A stretch of 16,196 bases of DNA from Candidatus Thorarchaeota archaeon. GTDB taxonomy: Archaea > Asgardarchaeota > Thorarchaeia > Thorarchaeales > Thorarchaeaceae. The stretch lies in NCBI GenBank assembly GCA_046758445.1, contig JBHIAE010000061.1:1-16196 (forward strand). Direction: 5' to 3'. This document shows, one piece after another, positions 5,717-14,307 of the stretch. The translations under genes and the position numbers were made by a program. The first letter of the stretch is position 1; each line of letters begins with the position of its first letter. The notes under the pieces were generated by a model that made no database searches, was not told the DNA's origin, and was given only the letters and a program-made list of their open reading frames with translations.

Positions 5717-8017
5717 GTGGAGTCCTTGCTGATTGTCACATTGAGAGACATTCTGTGCGCATCATTGTCTCTTGATGATGGCCTATCAGCAATCCAGAAT
5801 CTGGCCATCGGCAGCACACAAGAGAAAGATGTTCTCTTCGAAGTTGCCCGTGCTGTTGAGGAGATAATCCTTAGGAGGCCTGGGCTAGCAAGTGCAAAGC
5901 TGACTGAGCTCACAGTCAGGCTATCGTTCAGAGAGAATCGCGTCCTTCCGGAGATGCTGACCCTTCTGGATGTCCGTTACACGAATAGCTTCAAGAGGAG
6001 TGAGGCGGAGCTCCTGCCAGACATCCACGCGATTCCTGAGCTCTTGGACATTCTAGGTCAATTATCTCAGTCAATCATCTCGACCATTAACCTCAATCTG
6101 AGACCCCTGCTGCCGTTTCTTACCGACGAGGTTCTGATGACTCTGGACGCCGTCCACTCCCGGGACCATGCAGCATCAACAGGTCTTGCGCTTCACGAGG
6201 TGCATTATCTTACCTCTGTCTTGATCGAGGCTGGATTCTTCTTGGGAGCAGAGCTTCTTCTGAACAGACTGGTTCGACTGGCAGCCAGACTTGACTATCA
6301 GGATCTCCTCTTTGAGGTCACTTTTGACTATGCCTGCGTGCTCACTGAGCTCGGTATGTTCCAAGAGGCCCGAAACATACTCCATGACTTGGAGCAGAAG
6401 GCTAAGTTGGCAGAGGACATGGATAGACTAGCATCGGTCGTTCTTCAACTTGGTGTGAACGAAACGAGGGACGAAACCATACCTCATGAAACGGCAAGGG
6501 CAACAAGTGATAGAGCAACACAGCTCTTTGAGGAACGTGTTGGGACGAAAGAGGGAACACAAGACGAACTGAGTTTCGCCCATCTCGTGATAGGTACCAG
6601 CATTCTTGCTAATGGTTGGAGAGAGGGTGTTCCTCAGGCTATTGAACGATTAGAGCGAGGCCTTGTGGCTTGTGAGGAGGTCGTAGACAGGAACTTCAAC
6701 CAGTCCATGCAGCTGTTCAGGATTCTGATTGGTCTGGGTTTTGCACATGGTCTTCTGGGTGACCATGAGAACACCATGGTAAGCATTGAGTATCTCGAAC
6801 GTGCGAAGTCAATACTTGAGCAACTTGAAGGAGAAGGACATGACACCTCTGTGGACTTGGCCAGGGCCGAGAACTCTTTGGGCTGGGTCTGTCTCGGAAC
6901 TGATTCGGACGAATGTTGGGACATTGGGATGGCAGCATTTCAACGAGCTATCTCAATGAGGGAAGAGCTGAATGAAAAAGGTAGAGCATCAGACCTGGAA
7001 CTCCTGGGAAGCAGGCTTGGGCTTGCACTCTCAATGATGAGACTTGATGATATCTCCAAAGAGCAGGCTCAGAGATCACTTCGGGAGGTATTAGTCCAGT
7101 TTGTTCCTATGTTTCCAACCGACCCTCGTGCCTTTGTGGAAGTGGCAATTGCCACGTACAACGTGGTCTGGCTTGCTCTTAGACACGATGAAACTCTCCC
7201 AAGCAGAGTAGTAAGACTCCTGGATGATATCGACAGACTCCTTGCCGATGCGAGAGCACAGGATGACTCAGTGTTTGTGCATGGTGTATCGCTGGTAGTG
7301 CCCTATCTGAATCAGGCGTGGTCCGTTCTGAGGGATCGAGCGAGCCACCTGACGACCCACAGATCTGGCCTGTCAAATGTAGGTGTGCTCATGACTGCTC
7401 TCGCAACAGCGAAGATGAATCTGGAGGCTGTGAGCCTCGGTGCAAGGACTCAGGTTCTGGATCCAGTAGATGTGGCGGTTGAGGAGCTGGACCCTCTGGT
7501 AGCACAGTACTGGAAGGGACAGACCAGACTAGCGGAGACAGTCAAGTCATTCTATGAGGCTCAGGACTTCAGTCATCTGGCGACCGGGCTCTATGGCTCA
7601 GCAGTTTCATTGAGGACTGTCGGACTTGTTCAACCTGAGTTCCAAGAGTCGGCAGAGTTCATCCAAGCAACATGCTTGTCGCTAGCAGATGTTCTACTGC
7701 GTTTCGCACTTGCTCTTGAGAACCAGTATGGCGCAATGATAGACCGTAGCCAGTATGGGGAACTTCCAGAAGGACTCGAAGCAAGTCAGTTCCAGTTCAT
7801 ACTGGCTGACGACTGGTTAGGTCTCATCAAGATTGCTGATGCGTATCTTCAGATGGTAGAGCAGTCAGAAATCGTGGAGGCAAAGACCTACCTGAATGCA
7901 GTGTTCTCTAACATATCGCGAGCTCTGAAGATCATGGATGAGGTGTCGATGGTTGACCGTAGACTGCTATCCATGTTGGGTGAGGTCATGAACAGGAGAT
8001 ACTATCTGCGAGGTTAG
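5717..8017 (+). CDS. Large alpha-helical TPR-like repeat protein
   Basis: Long Leu/Ala/Glu-rich ORF with TPR-like units (YACVLTELGMFQEARNIL; LARAENSLGWVC...AAFQRAISMREEL). The start is either GTG 5717 (SD-supported) or ATG 5642 (ATGA overlap with the second KaiC). Confidence 0.75.
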   Translation: MESLLIVTLRDILCASLSLDDGLSAIQNLAIGSTQEKDVLFEVARAVEEIILRRPGLASAKLTELTVRLSFRENRVLPEMLTLLDVRYTNSFKRSEAELLPDIHAIPELLDILGQLSQSIISTINLNLRPLLPFLTDEVLMTLDAVHSRDHAASTGLALHEVHYLTSVLIEAGFFLGAELLLNRLVRLAARLDYQDLLFEVTFDYACVLTELGMFQEARNILHDLEQKAKLAEDMDRLASVVLQLGVNETRDETIPHETARATSDRATQLFEERVGTKEGTQDELSFAHLVIGTSILANGWREGVPQAIERLERGLVACEEVVDRNFNQSMQLFRILIGLGFAHGLLGDHENTMVSIEYLERAKSILEQLEGEGHDTSVDLARAENSLGWVCLGTDSDECWDIGMAAFQRAISMREELNEKGRASDLELLGSRLGLALSMMRLDDISKEQAQRSLREVLVQFVPMFPTDPRAFVEVAIATYNVVWLALRHDETLPSRVVRLLDDIDRLLADARAQDDSVFVHGVSLVVPYLNQAWSVLRDRASHLTTHRSGLSNVGVLMTALATAKMNLEAVSLGARTQVLDPVDVAVEELDPLVAQYWKGQTRLAETVKSFYEAQDFSHLATGLYGSAVSLRTVGLVQPEFQESAEFIQATCLSLADVLLRFALALENQYGAMIDRSQYGELPEGLEASQFQFILADDWLGLIKIADAYLQMVEQSEIVEAKTYLNAVFSNISRALKIMDEVSMVDRRLLSMLGEVMNRRYYLRG

Positions 8018-10137
8018 TAGACCTCTTCCTCTTGCTCAGCATCAGCGTGTCCAATCTCTCGGTAGCCACCAGCCTTTGCGCCCCAGGTCGCCCACCCTGA
8101 CGTAGAAGTTCTAATCTCGTTGGCCAGGCCAAATGACTCTCGTACAGGAATCTCAGCTGTTATCCGATAGAGTGACCTCTCCGAGTCTATCTCAAACACC
8201 TGACCCTTTCTTCTGGCTAGGATTGCTGTCAATTCCCCTACATAGTCCTCAGGTGCTCTGATCTCAAGGTTGACCCAAGGCTCAAACACCTTTGGGTCGC
8301 CAGTCATTACGCTGGCCCGCATGGCTTGAAGTAGCGGATGAGTGACATCTCTCCACGAGGTTTCCGGCGACTCGATACGCAGCTCCGCCTTCTCAACCAG
8401 AATGACAAGATGGCGCATCCTCTCTCCGCCAACAGGGCCATTGCGTATCAGCGACCTGAATGCATCCCTGATCCAGGCCAGCTCGTCACCCCGCTGGCTA
8501 ACACGACCAGACTGATCTACTAGATAGCACCCTGATTGCGAGTCTGAGTCTAGGAGAGACCCTAGTCTCTCTGGTTGCATCTCATCGCCCAGTAGGATTG
8601 CTCTCACTGAGAAACTACTATACTGTCCCTCGTCCTCGGTGCAGGTCGAACCGTCTGCAGTCATCTGCTCTTTCAAGAGGACCATTGGCGTCCCTAGAAT
8701 AATGTCAACGCCCAGTCTGGCTAGCTTCTCAACGCTCACCTCAATGTGAAGCTCACCTGCACCGGAGAGTAGCATCTCGCCGGTCTCCGGATTCACTTCG
8801 AACTCCAAGGTAGGATCTGTGGCCGCGAACTCACTAATCGGTTCTTGGATCTCACTGAGTTGTGATAGACGTCTAGGTTCGATAGCATAGGTAACAACAG
8901 GTTCGGTCGGATACTCCAATTCCATCAGCGGAGGAATACTCTCTTCACCCTTGGTGACAAGGGTGTCTCCAACAACAAGACCTCGGATGCCAGTTATGAA
9001 GGCCAGATTACCGGCTGGCACCTCTGGAAGGGCAATCCTTGATTTGGACATGAATAGACCAACCTGTAGAGTCTTCCCAACATCACCGGTTCTTAGGTTG
9101 GCCAGTGGCTTTGCTCTTTGAAGAGTCCCCGAGAATACTCTGACAGCCGCAACGAGTCCTGCATGTCTGTCCGGCTGGACATCACCCACCAGGAGAACTG
9201 TCGGACCCTTGCTCTTGCATGCCAGAATACTCTTCTCGTGTTTGCTGCCCTGACCTTTCCAGAATTGTGGTAGACGATATCCCTGAGCGACTGAAGGATT
9301 TGGGACCGTCTTGACGACTGAGTCGAGTAAGACTTCAGCGACAGGATATATGCCTGCCAGTGACTTCCGTTCCTCCTTTGAATAGACCTCCTCTACATCT
9401 TGGAGAATCTCAAGGAAAGCTGCGGCCAGATCTGACGGGGTTTCGCTTCCACCAGTTTTCTCCTTGAGAGTTACAAGGCTTAGACCCCATTTGTCTAGGG
9501 CCGAACCGACACAGAGTGAGGACTTGTTGAAAGAGACCTCCCACTCCTCAAGGAGGTCATCATCAAGATACTTGCCGAGCATCGCATTGAATTCTCGAAC
9601 TGTCTTGTTGATCTCCTCAGCCACGCGACGTGCCTTCAGCCTCCTCTCTTTGAAGAGTCTATCAACCTTGTTCACAAATAGCACTGGTCTGACGAGCTCG
9701 TTCATCGCTTGTCTGGTCACAGTTTCTGTCTGTACCATTATTCCCTCGATGACGTCAACCACGATGATTGCTCCATCAGTAAGTCGCAGGCCTCTGGTCA
9801 CATGGCTCGAGAAGTCTATGTGGCCGGGTGTGTCGATTAGATGAATGAGATGATCTCTTCCTTCAAGTTCATGAATGAGAGAGATGCCTGACGCCTTTAT
9901 GGTGATACCGCGTTCTTGTTCAATCATGTCGTAATCGAGAAGTCTTGCGGTCGCCGCGACCTCTCTGGAGAGGAGTCCGGATGCAGCAATGAGTGAGTCT
10001 GTAAGAGTGGTCTTGCCGTGGTCAATGTGTGCGATGACTGTACAGTTCCTTATGCTCTCTGTTTCGCCCAGGAGTCCAGCCGCGCGTTCATTGACGAACT
10101 TCTTGTAAAGATATGACAATTGCTCTCTACCACTCAT
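8014..10137 (-). CDS. Translation elongation factor 2 paralogue (aEF-2p type, no diphthamide His)
   Basis: G-domain motifs AHIDHGKTT, ERGITI, DTPGH and NKVD; domain III GAGELHIE; domain V EPWVNLEIRAP...IPVRESFG...IRTSTSG. Domain IV is divergent and lacks the HRG diphthamide motif. ATG 10137 is preferred as start. Confidence 0.9.
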   Translation of the reverse strand: MSGREQLSYLYKKFVNERAAGLLGETESIRNCTVIAHIDHGKTTLTDSLIAASGLLSREVAATARLLDYDMIEQERGITIKASGISLIHELEGRDHLIHLIDTPGHIDFSSHVTRGLRLTDGAIIVVDVIEGIMVQTETVTRQAMNELVRPVLFVNKVDRLFKERRLKARRVAEEINKTVREFNAMLGKYLDDDLLEEWEVSFNKSSLCVGSALDKWGLSLVTLKEKTGGSETPSDLAAAFLEILQDVEEVYSKEERKSLAGIYPVAEVLLDSVVKTVPNPSVAQGYRLPQFWKGQGSKHEKSILACKSKGPTVLLVGDVQPDRHAGLVAAVRVFSGTLQRAKPLANLRTGDVGKTLQVGLFMSKSRIALPEVPAGNLAFITGIRGLVVGDTLVTKGEESIPPLMELEYPTEPVVTYAIEPRRLSQLSEIQEPISEFAATDPTLEFEVNPETGEMLLSGAGELHIEVSVEKLARLGVDIILGTPMVLLKEQMTADGSTCTEDEGQYSSFSVRAILLGDEMQPERLGSLLDSDSQSGCYLVDQSGRVSQRGDELAWIRDAFRSLIRNGPVGGERMRHLVILVEKAELRIESPETSWRDVTHPLLQAMRASVMTGDPKVFEPWVNLEIRAPEDYVGELTAILARRKGQVFEIDSERSLYRITAEIPVRESFGLANEIRTSTSGWATWGAKAGGYREIGHADAEQEEEVY

Positions 10138-10379
10138 TCTGAGTAAGACAGACTTGGACACCAAGCTGCCCGTCCAGACACAGCACCGGGCCATTTTTGA
10201 ATCTTAAGGAAGCTATGCAGTGCGATGGGGTCGCCGTGAAGTCTAGTATGGCAGGTCGGACAGCAGAAATGCTCTCCCCCCGGCTCAACGGTAGAGTCCT
10301 CATCTGCTGCCCGAATGTCACATTCTTCACAATCGTGGCGTTCTTGAGAGCTACAAGCTTGGATAGTCTGCAAAGCCAC
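10134..10379 (-). CDS. Possible small zinc-ribbon protein
   Basis: 81-aa ORF with CEEC...CCPTC. Its TGA overlaps the EF-2 paralogue ATG (ATGA). No clear SD, so it may be spurious. Confidence 0.35.
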   Translation of the reverse strand: MALQTIQACSSQERHDCEECDIRAADEDSTVEPGGEHFCCPTCHTRLHGDPIALHSFLKIQKWPGAVSGRAAWCPSLSYSE

Positions 10380-10515
10380 AGATGGGCACTAGTATGATCC
10401 GTGATGCAGTAGCCAGCAATCCAAGAAGTGGGGCAAGCCATCGGTGTCCGGTTCTGTTCATCAGGACTCCCCTTCAACCACGAGAGCTTCCGAGAAACGA
10501 ACACAGTCATTTCAC

Positions 10516-10731
10516 TTAGATGATACCAGTGTAGGCCAGTACAAGGGCAATGGCTGATACGATGATTACTACGTTGGCTAGAATACCCAAAGGTCTCTCC
10601 GGAATCCCAAACTGCATCGTCAGTAGGGCTTCGCCTAGACTCTTCTCCTCAAGGAAGACCAGGTCGACGATGAGCATTGCGAACCCAACGCCTAGAAGGA
10701 TTCCAGGGATGAGTAGGTTCATCAGATTCAT
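10516..10731 (-). CDS. Small membrane protein (two predicted TM helices), unknown function
   Basis: 71 aa (MNLMNLLIPGILLGVGFAMLIVDLVF...LGILANVVIIVSAIALVLAYTGII). GTGAGG lies just upstream of ATG 10731. Confidence 0.7.
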   Translation of the reverse strand: MNLMNLLIPGILLGVGFAMLIVDLVFLEEKSLGEALLTMQFGIPERPLGILANVVIIVSAIALVLAYTGII

Positions 10732-10901
10732 TATCCTCACTATACTACGGGAATTGCTAAAAGTATGATGGGAAAGCTCCCAATGCCTCGTTAACGTACC
10801 TCTAGTAGCACCAGAAACTTCTGTGCTTCTGACTCTCCCAATCCAAATTGAGCGCATCATTTGCAGGTCAATCTATCATTCCCAAAACCAGTGTTCAGGA
10901 G

Positions 10902-12110
10902 CTAGATGAGAAGTCTGAATCCCTTTAGTGGATGTCTAGTTAACACGCGTGTCATAATCAACTTGCGGAGGTCGGTGTAACGCCTCAGCCCGCCAATCAG
11001 TTCTGCAAGGAGGACGGCCATAACCTCATCAGATGCAGCCATCTGAACCACAGTTTCCATGTTTCTCTCTGAATTGAACATAAGATTAGCCAAGAAACTC
11101 GAAACCCTCATCTCCTTGCCGATATTGCCTTTCCATCTCCTCTCATACTCTCGAGTGTCGCGAGCTTCTCCCCGAGAGATGTCATGTACCACTTCAGCGG
11201 CAATCTTCCCTGTTTCTATGGCATAGTAGATGCCTTCGCCGGTGGCTGGCGACACGAACCCTGCCGAATCACCTACAAGCATTATCCTCTCAGTGACAGT
11301 CTTCCTTATGGGGCCCGCCAGAGGGATTCTCATTGCACTGGCTTCAGACAGATCAAGAGTGACGTCGTTGCGTCTTTCGAACGATTTGACGAAGTTCTCC
11401 CAGGCGCCCTTCAAGTCCTTCGCATATGTCATGAGGCATCCCATTCCCAGACTCACTTCCTCCCTCTTAGGAAAACACCATGCGTAACCGTGTTGTATGC
11501 CTCCAAAGAATATCTCTATGCAGACTCGGTTGGTGTCCTCGTAGGGCCCCCTTGTTATCCGCATAATCTCCGCAGAGTCCATCGGGACTCGCGCCTCAAT
11601 ACAAAGTCCAATCTCGTGGTCTTCCCATCTCTGCTTAATACCCGACGCTCTCGCAACTCTACTATTTACTCCGTCAGCACCGACCAAGTACTTTGATGAG
11701 AAAGTATCTCCGTTTCTGCACCACACCCTAATCTCATTGGATCCCTCATTCAGCTCTCTAACTTCAGCGCCCTGTTTCACTTCAGCCCCTGCTTGCTCGG
11801 CCATATGAAGCATGAAATGGTCAAACTTGGACCTCTTCACAGTATAACCTGTGAGCTGTGGTTTGGTACAGACTACTCTTAGTCCTGACGGTGCGTACAC
11901 ATGAGATCCACACGTTTCGTGTTCAATCACTTGCCTGATTTCGTAGTCCAGCAGATTCGGGAGGTCAGCCCTAAATCCTCCGGCGCATATCTTCCTTCGC
12001 GGGTGTTCGTCTTTCTCAAGAAGGAGAACATCAAGCCCCTTCTTTGCAGCCTCGCGGGCGCACGCGGCTCCGCCAGGACCGCCACCGACAACAATTAGAT
12101 CACGGGTCGA
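10902..12110 (-). CDS. Geranylgeranyl reductase family FAD-dependent oxidoreductase
   Basis: The frame continues upstream of the tracked ORF without a break into RDLIVVGGGPGGAACAREAAKKGLDVLLLEK...PRRKICAGG. Also contains GADGVNS, GYAWCFP and LVGDSAGFVSPATGEGI. The expected start position holds TCG. Confidence 0.9.
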   Translation of the reverse strand, partial: STRDLIVVGGGPGGAACAREAAKKGLDVLLLEKDEHPRRKICAGGFRADLPNLLDYEIRQVIEHETCGSHVYAPSGLRVVCTKPQLTGYTVKRSKFDHFMLHMAEQAGAEVKQGAEVRELNEGSNEIRVWCRNGDTFSSKYLVGADGVNSRVARASGIKQRWEDHEIGLCIEARVPMDSAEIMRITRGPYEDTNRVCIEIFFGGIQHGYAWCFPKREEVSLGMGCLMTYAKDLKGAWENFVKSFERRNDVTLDLSEASAMRIPLAGPIRKTVTERIMLVGDSAGFVSPATGEGIYYAIETGKIAAEVVHDISRGEARDTREYERRWKGNIGKEMRVSSFLANLMFNSERNMETVVQMAASDEVMAVLLAELIGGLRRYTDLRKLIMTRVLTRHPLKGFRLLI

Positions 12111-12270
12111 ATTACCTTGCCTCCTAGTTGTTTGTCCTGATTGCTCTCTCGTAGTCTATGGATGGTCCTATGGGACCACACAAGCGTTCTAAAGCCGACT
12201 TCGATATTAAGTTGGTTCCTCGAACAGGAGAATGCAGACTCCATCTTGCACAGACATTCGACAGGTCCAT

Positions 12271-12308
12271 AAGAAACGTTACGTTCTTAAGTGTATAACG
12301 GCGTTATA
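12271..12308 (+). promoter_or_regulatory. Promoter/operator of the sulfur operon
   Basis: Imperfect IR AAGAAACGT-T-ACGTTCTT (12271-12288), TATA-like CTTAAG (12286-12291), perfect palindrome TATAACG-G-CGTTATA (12294-12308), then a strong SD AGGAGGAGGAG. Confidence 0.65.
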
Positions 12309-12324
12309 GGAGGAGGAGTCTACC

Positions 12325-12702
12325 ATGCGAACACCATGTGAATCTGTAGTGACAGCAGTCCTACCTGCGTTTCGTTCGCTCGTTGCGAAAGAATTGGTAG
12401 AGCGGTTCTCGTTCTCTCAGGTAGAGGCGGCTCGCAGACTTGGCATCACGCAGGCCGCAATCAGCCAGTACTTGAGTCGCAAGAGAGGCAATCAGCTGAC
12501 CGATGTGCTTGAGGCCAATCCCGAAGTCAGATCAGCTGTGTTGAAGATGGCGGCGAACATCGCAGCAGCAGAGTCCTCTGGCGTCGACGCCATGATGGCA
12601 TTCTGTGGTCTCTGTGGAACATTGAGACGAGAATCTATTGCGTGCACTTTGCATCGCGACGCGATGGAGCTGCCCCAAGGCTGCCAAGTGTGTCTGACGT
12701 GA
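12325..12702 (+). CDS. Archaeal HTH transcriptional regulator (COG2522-like) with Cys-rich C-terminus
   Basis: PCE...LPAFRSLVAKEL...SQVEAARRLGITQAAISQYL HTH; C-terminal CGLC...CTLH...CQVC. Confidence 0.88.
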   Translation: MRTPCESVVTAVLPAFRSLVAKELVERFSFSQVEAARRLGITQAAISQYLSRKRGNQLTDVLEANPEVRSAVLKMAANIAAAESSGVDAMMAFCGLCGTLRRESIACTLHRDAMELPQGCQVCLT

Positions 12703-12726
12703 GCGTAGACCTTGAGGTAGTGTGAT

Positions 12727-14277
12727 GTGGCAGTTAAACAAAGAGTGAATGTCGAAGAGCTGAGAACTGGCGGGGTAGTAAAACTAAGAGAAGAGGATAT
12801 GTTCTCCATATGGGTCAAGACAGCATGCTGCAACCTCACTTCAAGTCAACTCAGGAAGATTGCTGACATTACAGATGACTATGCGAGAGGCCAGCTTCTG
12901 TTTACCACAAGGCAGATCCCAATCATTCCATTTGTGAACTTGAGAGATGTGGAGGAGGTGAAGAGAGAACTTGGCAAGGTGTATCTCGAGTTAGACCGAT
13001 GTGGTGCCCGGGTGAGAAACATCAATGTGTGCTACGATGACAAGATCTGCCCGGAGGCCACGACTAACTCCTTGTCCCTGGCTGAGAAACTGGAGAACTT
13101 CTTCAATGTCCCAATGACACATAAAGTAAAGATAGGTGTCGCCGGCTGTAAGAAGGACTGCATAGGTACTCGAGCCTTGACTGATATTGGCTTCGTTGGC
13201 GTGGAGAGGGGCGGCAAAATGGGATACGATGCATATGTGGGAGGGAAACTGGGTGTAAGTCCTTTTATCGGAGTGAGAATGGCCAAGTGTCTTCCAGAGG
13301 AAGAGTGTGAGATCTTTGTCCAGAATGCCTTTGATCTTCTCAAGAATGAAGGCAAGGAGGAAGAAAGGTGCGCCGACCTCATAGCGAGGCTGGGCGCAAG
13401 AGCAGTTGGTCAGAAACTGACCAGGGGTCTGCATAAGGTATCGCCTCTCACACCAGTTGAATGTGCGACGAAACAGAGGGAGAAGGGAACGGACAAGATG
13501 ATTGTGAGAGTCAGGGCCACCTGCGGAGAGGTCACCTCAAAGCAACTGAGAAGAATTGCTGATGTTGCTGAACAATATGGCAAGGGTTTCGTACATTTCG
13601 TGATTCGCGGGTCTCCCGAGATTCCCTGCGTCCATAGGAAACGGTTGGAGGACATCAGGAAGGAGCTTCAAGAGGTCGACATGCAGATACTCGATAGAGG
13701 AATTGATAATCTCCAATCCTGTTTCGGCAACTACTGTACCGAAAGTGTTGTGGATCCGCAGTCTCTGCTGAGAAGAATCGAGAGAAGAGTTGAGGAGCTT
13801 GGCTTGGACAACCTAGATCTTAGGGTCTCAGCTGCTGGTTGTCCCAATTCCTGTGGAATTGCTCACCTCAACGACATCGGTTTCCACGGAGTCATCGAGC
13901 CTGAGGTCAATATAGACATTTGTAGTGGTTGTGAGCTATGCGTAGCAGTATGCAAGAGAGCAGCAATCAGAATTGAGGAAGATGTGGCAGTCATAGACAA
14001 AGGAGAATGTAAGCATTGCGGGCGATGTATTGCTGTATGTCCCTCTGACGCGATATCTGAGAAGAGAAGAGGTTTTGCTGTACTAGTCGGCGGCAGAGAG
14101 GGTGAAGATACCAGACTGGGAGAGGTGATTGCCGAGTTCCTGTCTGAAGAGGAGGCATTTGGGCTGGCAGATACCTGTCTTAGAATCTTGCAGGAGAGAA
14201 ACGCCACTGCGGCAACCACCATTGACGAGATTGGCGTAGAGAAGTTCAGAGAGGTGTTGTTCGGAAACAGTGAGTAG
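12727..14277 (+). CDS. Siroheme nitrite/sulfite reductase family protein, two modules plus 2x[4Fe-4S] ferredoxin insert
   Basis: Two NIR/SIR half-domains (LTSSQLRKIADI; VTSKQLRRIADVAEQYG) and two Cys sets (CYDDKIC...GCKKDC; CFGNYC...GCPNSC). Ferredoxin motifs CSGCELCVAVC and CKHCGRCIAVCP. Confidence 0.88.
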   Translation: MAVKQRVNVEELRTGGVVKLREEDMFSIWVKTACCNLTSSQLRKIADITDDYARGQLLFTTRQIPIIPFVNLRDVEEVKRELGKVYLELDRCGARVRNINVCYDDKICPEATTNSLSLAEKLENFFNVPMTHKVKIGVAGCKKDCIGTRALTDIGFVGVERGGKMGYDAYVGGKLGVSPFIGVRMAKCLPEEECEIFVQNAFDLLKNEGKEEERCADLIARLGARAVGQKLTRGLHKVSPLTPVECATKQREKGTDKMIVRVRATCGEVTSKQLRRIADVAEQYGKGFVHFVIRGSPEIPCVHRKRLEDIRKELQEVDMQILDRGIDNLQSCFGNYCTESVVDPQSLLRRIERRVEELGLDNLDLRVSAAGCPNSCGIAHLNDIGFHGVIEPEVNIDICSGCELCVAVCKRAAIRIEEDVAVIDKGECKHCGRCIAVCPSDAISEKRRGFAVLVGGREGEDTRLGEVIAEFLSEEEAFGLADTCLRILQERNATAATTIDEIGVEKFREVLFGNSE

Positions 14278-14307
14278 TTGATGCAGCACTCGATCAACAA
14301 CTAGAGA

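Noticed and set aside
10127-10510. 127-aa minus-strand ORF upstream of the EF-2 paralogue
   Set aside because: No recognisable motif, and it overlaps both the EF-2p start and the Cys-pair ORF.
11930-12110. Suspected frameshift in geranylgeranyl reductase
   Set aside because: Manual translation shows the N-terminus is in the same frame (offset 180 nt). Only the start codon is missing.
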